In this document: positions 62,776 through 64,000 of the stretch, one piece after another
Layout: each line of letters opens with the position of its first letter
Position numbering within the stretch: the first letter of the stretch is position 1
Assembly (NCBI RefSeq): GCF_009914755.1
Contig: NC_060948.1
Reading direction: 5' to 3' (one strand)
DNA length: 64,000 nt
Source of the DNA: the human T2T-CHM13v2.0 reference genome, Homo sapiens
The notes under the pieces: generated by a model
Told to the model about the DNA's origin: nothing
Database searches by the model: none
Seen by the model: the letters and a program-made list of their open reading frames with translations, nothing else
Program-made: the position numbers and the translations under genes

Positions 62776-64000
62776 AGATCCATATTTTTTAAATGAAAAA
62801 AAATTTCAAAAGTACTCTGCTTGGTACAATAATCAAATGTATAAACTGAGGAATAAAACATAACCATGAAACCTACTTATAACTGCATATGGAAAATACA
62901 GAGGATAATTTTTTAAATAACATATTTTGAAAGCCTTAACTAGTAATTTGAAGAGTTGGCATTTGAAAGGCCAGTATGAATATACCTTCAAAGCAGCAAC
63001 ACAGGTTCCCCATGAGAAAAAGCAAACACAGGGAAAATAAAAACACAAAGGTTCAATCTCTTCTGACCTTTGAAAGACACAGCACAGACAGTGGTCCTTA
63101 GGACGAAGAGCAGGAGACCCCTAATTCCGTCACCATGGCGATAGGGCATAAACATTGCTGGGTGAGGGCACAATCCACATTGTGAGGTCCAACTGCTGCC
63201 AGGAAGACAGGAGTGCTTTTACATAGACCGAAAGGTCATTGAAGGCTCAGAGTTTTGTTTCAAGAACTGAATCCCAAGCCCACACGTTATTAGGCTGCGC
63301 TTCTTAAAACAAGTTATGAGATGGGAAAAAGGGCACCCACAAACATACGTATACATTATGTATATAATAATATACAGTATCATATATATAATATATATAA
63401 CCTATGTATAATATTGTTTTACATCCTGCATCTTATGTTATATATATTGTATAAAATATAATAATTGATAATATATAAGTTTTATAATTATACAATATGA
63501 CATATAGTATATATTATAATTTATGACATATATAATATATGTAATATATCATATATAGAATATATTATACGGTTAATATACGTATTAAATATAAATTATA
63601 CATTATATATATTATATATAATATATCTGTTATATATAATACCCATTATGCATAATATATATATTATGTCTATGTTATATATAGTATAAAACAACATATA
63701 ATAATATATAATTGTATATATAAAATGCGACATATAATATATATTATATTTTATAACATATGTAATATATATTATATATAATACGTTGTATGTATAATAC
63801 CTATATTAAATATATATTATATGACTATGTTATTAATTACATGTCACATGTGTTATATATTATATATTTTACATAGAATATACCGGTTACATACAATATA
63901 TACTATGTTACCTATAATGTATAATTTATTACATGTAAAATAAAGAATGCAATATATTATGTAAAATTTATAATATACAATATGTGGAATGTGATATATA

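Overview
The whole window is one uninterrupted head-to-tail tandem array of a ~2.42 kb composite unit, about 26.5 copies, all in the same orientation. ORF-anchor spacings give unit lengths of 2411-2420 bp. Each unit has three parts: (i) a ~570 bp mixed-composition segment (HSATI-like), (ii) a ~1.55 kb degenerate TA-rich domain and (iii) a diverged, 5'-clipped Alu on the minus strand carrying a 16-bp internal duplication. Unit size, composition and a 2144-bp HaeIII fragment match the human DYZ2/HSat1B satellite, most likely Yq12 heterochromatin. That assignment is from recall, not a database search. I find no credible protein-coding or RNA gene and no new biological system; all ORFs are by-products of the repeat. 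The informative signal is in the unit-to-unit variants: a 3-unit duplication, a 2-unit duplication, an out-of-register 1-unit duplication, mosaic units and regional variant domains. Units are numbered U1-U27 from position 1, starting at 1, 2419, 4837, 7257, 9677, 12097, 14517, 16936, 19356, 21776, 24195, 26615, 29033, 31453, 33871, 36289, 38709, 41127, 43545, 45963, 48381, 50801, 53219, 55637, 58050, 60461 and 62872. Variant comparisons were made by eye and may be incomplete.
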